DNA from: Vitrella brassicaformis CCMP3155
Lineage: Eukaryota > Protista > Chromerida
DNA: 64,000 bases
NCBI GenBank assembly: GCA_001179505.1
Contig: CDMY01000077.1
Coordinates: 1-64,000 of the forward strand
Reading direction: 5' to 3'
The notes below the pieces were generated by a model. That model ran no database searches. It was not told the DNA's origin and saw only the letters and a list, made by a program, of their open reading frames with translations. This document shows positions 36,411 to 50,500 of this stretch, piece by piece. A program made the position numbers and the translations under genes. Each line of letters starts with the position of its first letter. Position 1 is the first letter of the stretch.

Positions 36411-38353
36411 TCACAGCCCTATGGGCGTCACTTGCTGCTGAACCTCCTGCTGCTGCCGCACCGCTGCCAGCGCCAGCCATGACGGCACTGTTAGGAGCTT
36501 GCGAAGCCACTGCACCAGCCGCGCCATGCCTAGCGATACAATCACATCCTGACGCTTTAACCAGCTGATGCGCACACACATACAAAGATATATATGCCAA
36601 CAGAAGGTGCACCGGCCAGATGCGGTTTGCAATCACTGACCTGATGAATCTAGATATGGGTTGCCTGAGGGCCAGGAGGACCAGTGCTGTGCCACCAGCG
36701 AGGGCACTGAGCAGCCCCACCCACAGCCGAAGACATGGCGACGCACGCAAAGCGACCCACCACGACTAAGAAACCACATCATGCACACACACACACACAC
36801 ACTCGCTCGTGTGATGCCTCCCATTGTATACCTACCCACACCTGCAAGTTGCGCCCGGCTGGCTTTGAGAAAGGTATCAGGGTCTTCTCTCCCGAACACT
36901 CATACATGCGCAGCTCCCTGACGTACCCGAGTTGTCTGAAGGTGAGCCGCATCCCTCTTAATGCCACACTCACACGCACAGCCGCACCCACCAGCCGCCC
37001 CATCTGCTCACGGCTCAGCGCCGCTGATCCACCGTGGTTGTGGTGGGCGCTCTCGGCCAACGGCAGGAGCAGGCGCACCAGTGACGTGTGGACGATCGTG
37101 CGGGGCTGCAGGATGGGCGCTGGGGGCGAAGGGGGATGGTCGCGTTTGTTGCTTTGGTGTGAGTAGGTGAGGGCCAGGTCCCTTCGAAGGCGGTCGAGGT
37201 TGCCTTCGTTGACGTGCCACACGGCCAGCAAGGCGCCGGTGCGGGTCCACAATAGACGATCCAGCTCCAATTGCTAGAAAGCCAGGCGACGGACAATGCA
37301 AGGCTCGTCCATGCGCCGCACCCTCCCTGTGTGTCCTGCTGTGTACCAGTGGGCCAAAGGACTGCAGCAGCGTCTCGACTCTCGCCAGTTCCTCTCTCTC
37401 TTCTGCCTGTGTGACGGGTCTCGGTTCCTCGGGCGTGCCGGCGTTATAGATCGTCATGTGATAGTTCTGCGTACACCACACACCCGCACACACATTCATT
37501 GTAGATGAACACCACGCCTACATCGAACCACCCACCCACCTGTGTTGGTGTGCACCACGCCATGCCCCCGCCGTCCGCTCTCACCCCCCCAGCCTCCAAG
37601 ATCTCCTCGACCGCACTCCGCAGCGCCGCCGCCGAGCTGGCCTGGTCCGAGCTGTCCACAAACAGGGCAAAGTATCGCGTGCCGCCGGGGCATGTGTGGC
37701 CTCTGGGCTGGGGCGCCGATGCGCTGTCGAGTGTGAAGTTTTGCCGCTGAGAGAGGATGTCGTGGGTTGCCAGGTGGGACGGCTCGGTAAGGGGAAGAAT
37801 TGCGTAGCGGCGCCGACGCAGCGAGTGGCCGATGGACAGCGGGAAGATGGCCGACAGATACTCCATGAGAACCTGAGAGAGGACAAACAGCGAGGCATGA
37901 CAATCATTGGGCATGATTGAATGAGTGCACTGGGTGGCTCACGCACATTGTTCCAGTGCACTCGCATCCGAGACTGGCGCTCTGACGAGGATGATGAACG
38001 CATGGATGGATTGACGTCAGATCTACTCTCTTCCGAATTGAAGACAGATCTTGATAGAAGAGGGCCACACGATGCAAGATCTGCTTGCGACTGTCCTGTT
38101 GTTCGATGAGTGTGGTTAGCGGAGGCGACGAGCGAACGATGGTCTTCGGTCCATGCAGCAGCGGTTTCAGGGAGCACCCTAGGTGGCCTGACGGCCAAGT
38201 CCCCTGTCGGTCTGTCCAACATGAAACAGGCACCCTAACATGCAACCCGGACACGAAACACGCAGCACGCAGAGGGCAGATCCAGCAGACAGGAGGATAT
38301 GCAATGCGCTGCGAACGACGGCCACATACAAGCAGGCACAGCGTCGACGCCAC
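36411..38353 (-). CDS. 2H phosphoesterase-like protein with C-terminal transmembrane anchor
   Basis: Two H-x-T/S motifs (YHMTI, IVHTSL) with LELDRLLWTRTGALLAVWHV between them. Hydrophobic LWVGLLSALAGGTALVLLAL near the C-terminus. Stop at 36411; 5' exons uncertain. Confidence 0.62.
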
Positions 38354-38509
38354 CCCAGCGCAGCTTGAAGGGGGTTGGGTTAGGACTCAAGGTTTCCGTC
38401 GACTGAAGCCGCCTGGAACGTCTGTGCCGTACTGCCCCGCTTAGCTGCTAAGAGGCCTCCTGGCAAGGCCTGCGCACATCTGTTATCAAGATCTGCCTGC
38501 GTTGGTTTA

Positions 38510-41138
38510 ATGGATGCGGATCTGCGAAGCGTCGTTCTGGACCACCTCGAGCAGCGTGGTTCCATCGACGACTCGGTGCAGCTGGCGAGCGAGCAGCAAG
38601 CATGCGACCACAACAAGCTGGTTGGCGCACTCAAGTCGCTGCAGGCGCTCGAGATGGTGGAAACCGAAGCCTTCGAGAAGAAGAGCTGGGTGCTCACTGA
38701 GGAGGCCGAGAGCTACGTCGCCAAGGGCACACCCGAGAAGCAGGTGTTCGACCATGTCAAGGCGGCGGGTGACGAGGGCGTGACCCAGGCGGACCTGCAG
38801 GCCGCCCTGCGGGACGTGGCCAAGGTCGGCTTCGCCAAGGCCATGCAGAACAAGTGGGTGGTGCTCAACAAGGAGACCAAGAGGGCCACGGCCAACGTGG
38901 GGGACATCGAGGACGAGGGCAAGGAGCAGCTGCAGCTGGTGGCCAGATGGGGCGGCAACGCTGCTGACCTGGCCGCACACCTCGACGACAAGAAGCTGCA
39001 GGTGCACACACATCACACCACAGCTATGCACAGTGCACAGAATGGCCATGTGGGGCGGTGCGGGGCATGTGAGTGTCTGTGTTTGTGTGTGGCTTGTCCG
39101 TCAGGATCTTAAGAAACGGAAGTTGGTGTCACAGGCGTCTGTGACGGCCTATGCGGTTCGGAAAGGTCCTCAGTTTTCGACGACGATAGCCAAGAAGGAG
39201 GCCGACCTGACGCAGGAGATGATCCTCAAAGGCACATGGAACAACACGGGTACGCCACGCCCATGGACGGGAGATAATGGGTTGTGGGGTGGGTGTGAAG
39301 TCGGCAAATGCGATGGATGGATGGATGGATGTCCTCCTGTGTGTGTGTGTGTGTGTGTGTGCATCAGAGTTCAAAGAGTACAATTTCTTTGCTGCTGGGA
39401 AGGATTTGGGCGGCGGTCACCTGCACCCATTGCTCAAAGTGCGGGCGGAGTTCAGGCAAATACTGCTGCTCATGGGATTCGAGGCAAGCCCACACACACA
39501 CCCACACCACACACACGATTTGATGCGATTCGACGGACGCCGATTCACCCGCCCGCCGTCCATGTGTGAATGGTTTGGTGCAGGAGATGCCGACCAACAA
39601 CTGGGTTGAGTCATCGTTTTGGAACTTCGATGCGCTCTTCCAGCCGCAGCAGCACCCTGCGAGAGACGCACACGACACCTTCTTCCTCACAGTGAGCACA
39701 TCACAACTGACACCACACACACACACACTCTCATGAATGGATGGATGGATGGATGGATGACGACCGACCACTGCTGATCCCCCCCCCTCTCTCCTTCCCT
39801 GTGCGTGCGTGTCAGCATCCCCAATCTGCGGACCGTTCGAAGATTGACGGCAGCTATTTTGAGAGCGTCAAGAGGATGCACGAAGAGGGCGGTGAGGGGT
39901 CCATCGGATGGCGATATGAATGGTCGGTGGGCATCAATCACACCACACACATATATATGTGGGAGGGGACCGACAGTCGGCCGTTCCGTTGGATGTGGTG
40001 TTGTGTGATGGCGTGCGTCAGGTCAGAGGAGGAGAGCCTGAAGAACGTGCTGCGCACACACACGACGGCCGTGTCGAGCCAAATGCTGTATCGGCTGGGG
40101 CAGCAGTACCAGAAGGTATGGCCAAGAGTGAGACAGACTGTCTACACCTGTCTGGCTGTCTGGCTGCATGAGCTGTGTGGCTGTGTGCGTGCGTGTGTGT
40201 GCAGGACCGCGTGTTCACTCCCAAGAAGTACTTTTCGATCGACCGTGTGTTCCGCAACGAGACGCTCGACGCGACACACCTGGCCGAGTTCCACCAGGTA
40301 GGTACACACGCACACACACAGAGAGAGAGAGCAGGTGGAGATGGAGGGGCTGGCTCACGGACGGATCGGTGTTGTGTTGTGTCGTTGGGCGCGGCGCTGT
40401 GTGTGGTTCATTCAGGTGGAGGGTGTGGTGGCCGACAAAAACCTGAACCTGGGCCACCTGATCGGCATCTTCAAGGAGTTCTTCAGACGGATAGGAATCA
40501 CAAACCTCAGGTAAGTAACTGAAGCAGAGCAGGGCGCGGTGCAGAAACAAACACCGCTGGGTCCTCGTGCATTCCCTCGCCCATTGTCCGTGTGTCGTGT
40601 CCGTGTGTGTGTGTGTGTGTTTATAGGTTCAAGCCAGCGTACAATCCCTACACCGAGCCGTCGATGGAGATCTTCGGATTCCACCCGCTGCTCAACAAGT
40701 GAGTGATGACCGTGATGAGATGACCACCTCCTCCCCCACACACATGCACTGCACTGCACACGCACGCGCGCACAAGTCAGTCCGGGAGGGACATGTGTGT
40801 GTGTGTGGTGTCTGTGTTGGTCTGTCTAATCAGGTGGGTCGAGGTGGGCAATTCGGGCATCTTCCGGCCCGAGATGCTGCTGCCCATGGGCCTGCCGCCC
40901 GATGTGCAGGTCATTGCATGGGGACTCAGCCTCGAGAGGTACAAGAACCTCACAAATGCAATGCCCCGCACGTGTGTATGCGTGTGTATGTGTGTGGTCA
41001 CTTCCTTGGTGCCTCAGGCCTACGATGATTCAGTACAACGTGGCCAACATCCGGGATTTGTTTGGCCATAAGGTCGACCTTGCGAAGCTGAAGACCAACC
41101 CCGTCTGCTGGCTGGGCAACTCACAAGAACAGACATAG
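38510..41138 (+). CDS. FARSA: Phenylalanine--tRNA ligase alpha subunit (cytosolic), about 11 exons
   Basis: [11 protein letters not shown]; [34 protein letters not shown]; LRTHTTAVS; [22 protein letters not shown]; [16 protein letters not shown]; [13 protein letters not shown]; [12 protein letters not shown]. Confidence 0.97.
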
Positions 41139-41551
41139 CCACACGCCAAGCCCATCCAAGCCAGCCGAGAGAGAGGCGATGTTTATCAACACTGCAAATG
41201 CTGTCAGTGGAGAGAGACGGACGGTTGACAATGTTCATGTGGTTCCCCGGGCGGAATGGATGGACAGATCTCCCAGATGCCTAAAGCGGCAGCATAGGCA
41301 TAGGCATGCGCACGGCCTGTCCAGCTGTATTCCCGTTTGCTGGGAGTGCCTTGACCGAATTAAAGCTCACGGGAGAAAGAAGAGCAAATGGAGTCCACGC
41401 CATCAGGTTCAGGGTTTAGAGGACTAGGGTGCTCCCAGAAACCGCTGCTGCGAGAAAGAAGAGCAAAAGGCGAGGAGCTCCGTGCGCGGAAGAGCCTGAC
41501 GACGTTCATCCGTTGATAGAAGCGGCGACTTGCCACCTGACAGCCTGCTGT

Positions 41552-42440
41552 ATGCCGAAGTATTACTGCGAGTACTGCGGTAAGCAGCACGCAGCACTGA
41601 CTGACTGGAGGAGAGGGAGAAGACGACAACAACACGCCAGCACCGCCTCATTGATTGCCTCATTCACTTCACGCGTGTCTGTCTGTCTGTCTGTCTCTTG
41701 TATGTCTGTGTGTCACACAGACATCTACCTGACGCACAGCTCTCCTGCCGGGCGTCGTCAGCATGCCAACGGCAGAAGGCACATCAACAACAAGATAGAA
41801 TACTACAACAGTCAGCCGAAGCCACACCACACACGCGCGCAGCGCACAGAGGGAGGGATATGGGACAGACTGTCTCCAGACATTGGTGGTCAAGTCAATC
41901 TGTGTGGCGTGTGTTCATCAGATCTGATGCGTGAGAAGGGTTTGGCTCCGCCCGCATACGCCGCCCTCACTGGCCGTGAGTGGCGAGGCACTGTCCAGAA
42001 CAGATGGTGCATGTAACATTCACGTCATTCGCTCTCCTGTGGGGTGTGTGGCGTGTGTCTGATGCAGCGATGAATCCGGCAGCGGCGTTTGGTCGTGGGA
42101 TGCCGATGATCCTCCGACCTGGCATGAGGCCACCGACCATGCCCAGTAAGCACAGCACAGCACAAGAGTGATTCGATTCACCCTCCCTCCCTCTCTGTTG
42201 GTTGGTGTGTGCTGACCTGACACCTCACCTCCTGGCCTGGCTTGCGTTGTTGTGCTTGATCGACCAGTGGCCCCGGGGATGCCTGGCAGACCCATGTTCT
42301 CGGTGAGTGAGATAGATGAGAACCCGACACTCATGTTTGTTTCGTTATCAGAGAGAGTTCACACTGTCGTGTGGTGTCGTGTGGTGTCGTGTGTGTGGTT
42401 CATTCATTCAGAACATGTCCCTCCGCAACCCCCAATCGTA
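41552..42440 (+). CDS. SNRPC: U1 small nuclear ribonucleoprotein C (U1-C)
   Basis: MPKYYCEYC|[29 protein letters not shown] (U1-C zinc finger), then Pro/Met/Gly-rich exons. 3' end uncertain. Confidence 0.92.
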
Positions 42441-42984
42441 CATGGGCCGACCAAGGGGATGACAGAGATGACAGACAAGACGATGACAGAGAGACGGCAC
42501 GCACGCCACACAGACTGCAGCTAGCTATTAATAGGCTGAGGCTGGACAGACAGACAGACAGACTGGTTACTTTTCCTTCCTGTGCTGTCTGTCGCGTGAC
42601 ATGCTGCCAGCCACACCACACTGTTGGGTCGATGCGGGCCACTTTCGTCCATGCGCTGATGACGGACACTCTGTACAGCCGATCCCTCCCAGGTCACTCA
42701 TAATACTGATTGTCATGCCAGTCAGTGTCAGTCAATTCATTCGTCAGCCGGTGGTTGGAACGAAGAGCTGTGAGCAAAAAGGCCACACACACACACACAC
42801 ATCCCCGCCCATGCCACCAAGCCCCACCCATGCCACCAAGTAAGTGTACACAGCGGCCAAATGTATAGCCTCACTGAAAAACATGCAGTCACGGGAGCAG
42901 CGGTGTCACGCAGCCAGACCATCGTCATCAACACTGAGCAAAATGCGATCAGGCATTGGCTCTCGCTGTGTCCCATCCATCCAT

Positions 42985-43937
42985 CTATTTCCCCCGCATG
43001 CCCAGCCAGAAACCAGTTCCGAAACCCGCCGCACCTGAGAGGCAGAACGAAGGACGACGCGAGAAGGCATCAAGACAAGCAGACAGATGCTGTTGGTTGG
43101 TCTCTGTTGGTTGCAGTCAGTGCATCCATCCGTACTTGGTAGGCCAAACATGAGGAACTTCTGCAGCTTGATCGCACCAATCTGGAAGTCTGAAGCAGCC
43201 AATCCAAGAGAGGGCGCAGATGGGTCAGTCAGTCGTGGCTTGGCGGCTGTTTACGGGGCGGGGCAGTCGGTGGTGTGGTGTGGTGTGGCCTGCCTACCTT
43301 ACCTTACCTTTGTGTGTGATTTGTCCGTCTTTGTCAAGGTCCAGGACGTCCGTCACGTCCTTCTCTATCTTGGGCCAGTTTATCGATATGTAACCCTTGT
43401 ACGCCTGAGCCATCCATCGCATGCCCACAGAATGAGTGACAGCCGTGGCTGTGTGTGTTGTGCTCACGAGTGTCTGCAGCGATATGTAGCCCAGCCCGGC
43501 CATCGTGACCGCCACGCGGAAGGCCTGGCGGATGGCGAAACCAGACACGAAACCAAAGATGGCTCCTGTTGAGAACTGCACACACACACACACGACAACA
43601 AGGATGAAAACGAGCAGTGAAGTGCGTTGCATGCGTCGGTCCTCCTCTCCTCTCCCGCCAGTCCCATGGATTTCATCACTGATACGTTTGGTCACCTGAC
43701 CTTGTCACTTCCGAGCACGGGGTCTCCCCAGACCCTGCCATTCAGCTTGAGCCAATCATCCACCGTCTTGACGCCCTTGAGACCATCGCCGTAGTCCTGG
43801 AACCGCTGGCCGAGCTTCGACGGGTCAAAGGCAGACAAGAAACTCTCGCTGGAGAGGCTCTCTTCGGGCGTTGGCGGTGGCGAAGGCGTCGAAGGCGTCG
43901 CTGTGGCGGAGTCCGCCTTGCCGCCCATCTTTGCCAT
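42985..43937 (-). CDS. FUN14/FUNDC-domain protein
   Basis: FSTGAIFGFVSGFAIRQAFRVAVTMAGLGYISLQTL|AYKGYISINWPKIEKDV...LDLDKDGQIT|...LPST|GAAGFGTGFWLGMRGK*. Confidence 0.88.
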
Positions 43938-44090
43938 TAATGCCGACTCAAAGGGTATCGTTAGGGCTCAGGGTTTCTACGAAACACGACTTGGGTTGGG
44001 AGCCGAATGGAGAAGCATGAGAGAAGCAGGTTACTATGCAGTGAAGGGAGGTTAAATAAATGAAATGCACCCAGCAGCCGACCAGTCGCC

Positions 44091-45185
44091 ATGAGGAGGA
44101 GCCAGTCTGCCAGGACGGCGCCCTCGTGGGAGGCGTCAACCTCATGCTCTCTCCCTTCGCCTTCGTCGCCTTCTCAAAGGCCCGCATGCTCCATGAGGTG
44201 CCACATCGACATGAAGGCTTTTGTAACATTCATCGCTCAACGGGTAACTAACATCCCACACATGCACGCATCCGCCGGCTCACCCACTCGTCAGACTCTG
44301 TCCGTTGGTTCGTCAGGGCATGGCGGTGTTGGGAGTGATGTTTTCGTTTGTTCCCTTCCATCTGGTTGCCGCCCTGCCGACACGTGTCTGGAGGAGTGTG
44401 GCGGTCCAGTACACGCATCTAGTCATCTCGGCTGCTGATGGGGGCGAGCGGGCCTTCTGGGAGACCCTGACATACACCTCAGCCGCACAGTGGGCCGCCC
44501 ACCTGACGGAGCTGGTGTCTGTCATTCATGTCTACCCGGACGGCGTACCCCGATGGTGCCTGGACCTCGTGGCGGCTTCAGTTCAATCACACGCGACGGC
44601 ACGGCGAGGACTAATTGAGCAGACGATGCGTCAGGCCGAGAGGACGGGCAAGAGGCCGCCGCGACTCGCAGCCGGCACACTCAAGACCTTGGCCTTCGAG
44701 CCCACCACGTTGCCCCCAGAGGTGACGGAAGCTCTAGGGCAGAAGGAGCCGGCGTCGCTTCCACTTGCCTCTTTGTCCGATCCCGCGTCCATTCTTCCCG
44801 CTCTCACCCGCGCCCGCGGCCTCATCGATGCGCATCGAGCGCTCATCTACACCCACCAGTGGCGCATGCCGAACCTGCAGGAGGTGCAGGGATATGGAAC
44901 CGGGGCTTTGGTCGCCTTCATTCGCACGGCGGAGCGGCTGCAGCGGTTGGACACCATCCTCAGCCCAGCGGAGGTGGCGCAGATGCTGGTGGCCAGCAGT
45001 GCCTTCGCCGCGAGTGGCGGCGCACACCAGACGGGCGGGCCTCTCAGCCATCTCAAGACCGTCGGCACTCTAGTGCTGTCCCAGAGAGCCCAACAGAACG
45101 AGCGGGAGCTGCTCGAGCTCATGGTGCGCATAAATGCTGGACAAGGACCACCATGTGTGTGTGGTGTTGATGAGTCTTGTTGTGG

Positions 45186-45221
<36 letters not shown>

Positions 45222-46369
45222 AGGACGTGTTGGTGGCCGGAGGATGCCGGTCGATAACATCGCTGGACATCAGGCTGGCCCCGGCCAGCGGCAGGACGGT
45301 GCTGCATGTGAACGCTGGCATCTATCGCAGCCTCGATGCCCTCGAGCAGCTCAGGACAGCGGTCGGCGCGTCGGCAGACATCCCCGTCACATTCGACACA
45401 GTGGAGGGCGACGGGGGGTTGTCATTCAAGAGCCGCTTTGCAGCGCACGATGTGGTGCTCAACTTCCCCCCGCACGCCTCCACCTTTGTGACGGACTCCG
45501 TGAGGGACATCGCTTCCAAATGTCATGACGTGCTGCTGCGCCCAATCGACCCATCGCGCTTCTCCAAGCCCGCCAAGGTGCTAGGCAACTCTCTTGAGCT
45601 CACTAAAGCGGTGAACGTCTTCGTCATGAGCCCTCCCTCATCAGCTTTTGATGCCCAGCTGCTGCCCGCCCCCTTTGCCCCCTGGCCCGCCCCGTTCCTC
45701 AAGCCGTTCCCCAACGCCCCCAAGCTGTCAGTTACGTCAAACAGCGGGTGTCTGATGGCACCCCTGGCGGCCGCCCACACGCCGGCACTCGTCAACGTGG
45801 ACATCTGGCCGGAGGAAGGGATGGTCGCCGACAAGCTGGTGGTGGGCATGCTCGAGGCCATTGCGACCAAGAAGCCGATCCTCCACCGCGTGATGGCGTA
45901 CACTCATTGGAATGGCAATGGGGTTGCCGTGGGTCGAGAGGGGATCAGGTGGGGCGATTCGGCGCGGACGCTCCCCGCCATCAAGATACTTCAGATATCA
46001 TTGCAGAGTGAGTAGTGAGATGGAAAGCACCACACACACCACACCACACGCACCCCACACAGCACAGGGGAGGGATGTCTGTCACAGTCGAGTCTCCCTT
46101 GTTTCTGTGCCTGTTGTGTCTGTCTAGTTCCTGAGGATGCCGAGGCGCAGGCGTTCATCGAGACGAGCGTGGCGTCCCTGACCAAGATCAGAGGCCTGGA
46201 GTCCTACCAGATACTGGTGCGGAACGGCATCAAGGACCGTGAGCTGCGCACAGCGGTGCGGCGAGCCATCGAGGCGCCGGCCGCTCCCCTGCCGAAGCGC
46301 TTCAAGGTCTGGTGGCAGCGTAACTGTGTGGTGCATATGGCGGTCGTCATACGCCGGTGCCCTCGCTGA
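44091..46369 (+). CDS. Hypothetical protein with F-box-like N-terminus (lineage-expanded type)
   Basis: Phase-0 splice of exon 1 to GMAVLGVMFSFVPFHLVAALPTRVW. Long open exons at about 44340-45150 and 45223-46010; last exon ends at 46369. Confidence 0.65.
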
Positions 46370-47579
46370 TGAGTACCTAGCGTAGATGGATGGATGGATG
46401 AATGAGTGTGAAGAAGGCAAGGCCAGCCATTCTGGGTGCGGCGCGAAGAAGGCTGACATTGATTGACGAGAGGAGCCAGGGGAGGCTAGGCGATGTGGGT
46501 GTATGTGTATATGGCTCGTGTGTGTATAGACAGACAGGATGGATGGATGGATGGGCGTGCGAAAACGTTCATGTGTCGTGCTGCAAGGCGGGGAGAAACG
46601 GGCGGGAGGACAGGACAACCTGGATGGATGGATGGATGAGGGAGGGAGGGGACAACGAACGATTCCAACTGGTTCGACTGTGAGTGAATGGGTTGGTTGA
46701 CATCACATCGGCAGCTAGCTTCGTGTGTGTAGCGTTAGTCTTATCGTTTAGCTAATGTTGTGCCAACAAAGAGCACAACAGTAAAGCGGGAAAAGTGTCT
46801 TTCTCCATCCAGCCCCCAACTCTCGTGAAAGCGAGAGCCACACACACACCCCCACACGCCCATCACCGCGTGTTCGTTCCAGTCAAGAAATGGACACACA
46901 CCGCACCTCCCTCGGTTGCACACACACACACACACACGGACACACACAAGGTGCACACGCGAATAGGGGACGAACACACACACAAGGAGAGAGAGAGAGA
47001 GAGAGGCACGGCTGGGCAGGGAAGAGCCTTACACGCGCCGAGTGGGCCGCTGCTGCAGCGGCCACTCAGTCAGTCAGTCACTTGATGCAGCCTACAGTAC
47101 GTAAGACGACTAAACCGTCGTGAGTGACTTGTCTGGCTGGCCTGGTTGGTTTGGTGTGTCTCCATCTCCTTCCTTCTTGGTTTGACATTCCCACATTCAT
47201 CCATCCATCCATCCATTCATTCACTTCTGCAGCACCACCCACCCCACCCACCCACTCCCTCACTCCTCCCTCCCTCCATCCATCCAGCCACGAGGATCGG
47301 TCAGGCAAACAGACGACTACCCCAGTCAGTCAGTGACAGAACACCTTGCCTCACCTCACCTCACCCGCACGCACCCACACCGCCTCCCTCCTCCCTGCCC
47401 TTTGTCAGCAACTCACAGTATCTTTCTTACTCCAACAGCCAGCAGCACCACCACCCCACCCCACCAGCAGCAGCAGCAGCAGCAGCAAATACCTTTCCTC
47501 CCCTCCCCTCCCCCCCCTCCCTCCCCCCACACCTCTCGGTGGGTGTGTGATTGTGTGAGTCAGTTCGTCAGTCAGTTAG

Positions 47580-50500
47580 TCAGTCGAGTACAATCTCCTT
47601 TCCGAATCGGTGAATGAAGTCGAGAGCGGCCCCGTTGGTCCAGCCGAACCCCGGCTGGCTGGCGTACTCGCCGCCGCCGCCCTTCTGGCCCTTACGGGTC
47701 GCGTGGTACTTCTCGCTGAACAAACCGCTCTCCGCATAGCCCTGCACGAGTGAACCACAGACAGACACCATGAGGATAGGGTGCATCCATCTGCCTGTGT
47801 GTGTCATCCATCGGGCTGACTGACCGTCTTGAGAGTGGACAGCCATTTGGACCCGAGTTGTATGCCCTTGTTGCGGTACTTGATGGTGTTTTCGGCCCCG
47901 CCTGCCTCGTCCTGCGGCTGGGGCGTGTCCACGGGCCGTGTCAGGGCCGTCACAAACAAGTGCAGCAGCGGCGCCCACACGTTGGGGTAGTCCCACTGCT
48001 GACCCGACTCAAATGCCGGAGGCGTCATCTATTGCATACATATGCATGACACGCACACGCGCCAACACAACACGGAACACGTGTGTGTGCTGCGGGTCCA
48101 TGTCTGTGTGTGTGTCCTACTGCAAGTCCATATGGCTGGCAGAGCCCCGACTCGTCGAAAATGAAGTCGAATGCGGCCATCTCGTCTGGCGAGAAGGGCG
48201 GCCGGCAGTCCGGACACTCGTCGGGCGGCGGGATCTGAGACAAACCTGTGTGGGGTNNNNNNNNNNNNNNNNNNNNNNNNNNNNNNNNNNNNNNNNNNNN
48301 NNNNNNNNNNNNNNNNNNNNNNNNNNNNNNNNNNNNNNNNNNNNNNNNNNNNNNNNNNNNNNNNNNNNNNNNNNNNNNNNNNNNNNNNNNNNNNNNNNNN
48401 NNNNNNNNNNNNNNNNNNNNNNNNNNNNNNNNNNNNNNNNNNNNNNNNNNNNNNNNNNNNNNNNNNNNNNNNNNNNNNNNNNNNNNNNNNNNNNNNNNNN
48501 NNNNNNNNNNNNNNNNNNNNNNNNNNNNNNNNNNNNNNNNNNNNNNNNNNNNNNNNCGATTTGTGGGTCAGTCATTTGTGTGCGTGTAGACTGATTGAGT
48601 ATTCTACCTGCCCAGAGCGGCACGACGCTTGCTGCAGTGATGTTGGGGCACCGCACACCCGCCTTGGCGTGATAATCGTACCTGCACACAACACACAACA
48701 CCACACAACACACAACAGACGACGACAGACGACGACAATTCACGGAAGAAGAATGTGCCAAACAGTCAGTCACACAAGACTCCCTCCCTCAGTGCCGTGC
48801 CGTGACCTACTGACCATGAGTGTGTGACGGGGTCCCACATGAACTCCTTCATGGCCTCACGACGGACACGGGCGGCCTGACCACACGCACATGCATCACA
48901 CACACGCACATCCATTCAGTGTCAGCCGCCCTCCCAGTATCCCGTGGACACCGCCCCGCACCTGTCTGAAGTGTTTGGCTTCAGCCTTGAGGGTCTGCTG
49001 TTTGATGGGGTCCACCTCCCGCGAGCAACACAAGTCCGCAAAGTGCGCCAGATTCACCTCGTAACGATACAGCATGCTGAACACAACACAGCCAACCCAC
49101 AACATCAGCATGACTATGTGTTTCTTTTCATTCTTTCGTCGTGTCTTCCCCAGCCCACCCCACCGATTTACCCACCCACCATATATACCTACCTGTTGAG
49201 GTCGACGGGGATGATGTTGATTGGCTCGAGGTCCACGAAGCGCCACGTGGGCGGCGCCCCGTTCTCAGCAACCTCGGACGGACGCCGCAGCGGACGAATC
49301 CAACGGCTCGAAAAATCCCAGCCCTGAATGAACCAACACACAGACACACACAGAGAGGGGGGGGGGGNNNNNNNNNNNNNNNNNNNNNNNNNNNNNNNNN
49401 NNNNNNNNNNNNNNNNNNNNNNNNNNNNNNNNNNNNNNNNNNNNNNNNNNNNNNNNNNNNNNNNNNNNNNNNNNNNNNNNNNNNNNNNNNNNNNNNNNNN
49501 NNNNNNNNNNNNNNNNNNNNNNNNNNNNNNNNNNNNNNNNNNNNNNNNNNNNNNNNNNNNNNNNNNNNNNNNNNNNNNNNNNNNNNNNNNNNNNNNNNNN
49601 NNNNNNNNNNNNNNNNNNNNNNNNNNNNNNNNNNNNNNNNNNNNNNNNNNNNNNNNNNNNNNNNNNNGGGTGGGCATGTGTGTGGATGTGTGTGTGTGTG
49701 TGTGTTTGTTTGTGGTGGTCGTTCGTTTATCTGTCTGACCGATTCTGCGGCGGTCCGTATGTTCTGGTAGACGGCAGGCCGCATCTCCTCGGGCAACAAC
49801 AGCACCTTCGACACGTCCTTTCTGCACACACCACACCATACCATACACAACACAACACAACGCACCACAAGGCAACACAGCACACCCTTCTCACCTGTAG
49901 GACTCAGCTCTGGGCACGGTGAGTGCTGTGAAGTATCTGTTGAGGCAGACCTCCCGGCCCTCCTTGTCATGCACGAACACACAGTGGCCGTCGAATCGGG
50001 CCCCACAGTGTCTGTGGGCCACCACCGGGTTGCTTGGGGTGGGTGTGGGTGGGGAGGAAGTGGAGCGGGGCAGGTGGTCGAGGTCGGTGGGTGTGGCACG
50101 CATCCACCATGCGTACTCCTGTTTGAGCAGCGGGTAGGCGTCCTGCACAAACGGCACGTCAGCCGTCGCCTCCACGTAGGCTAGCACCATGTCACTCAAC
50201 AAGGGCGGCTGGGTGACAAACAGACAGACCAACGACAGACAGACAGACAGACAGACACAAGGGGTATTGAATGTGTGTAGACAGTCTGTGGGTGAGGTCA
50301 TGTGTCACATTGCTCAGCTCACCTGGCTGCGGTCGAGATAGTAGCTGCGGATGCCATCTAAGAGAGAGAGGAGGGGAAGGAAGGACGCACAAACAGCACA
50401 GCACAGCACAGCACAGAGGGGACGAGACGAGATGAGATGCAGCCCTGCACTCTTCTGTCTGTGAGTGGATTGGATTGGATGTGTGCCTATGCTGTGCTGT

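Noticed and set aside
46400-47560. Several ORFs in low-complexity sequence
   Set aside because: Made of (ATGG)n, (CA)n, (CAG)n and C-rich tracts; intergenic or UTR.
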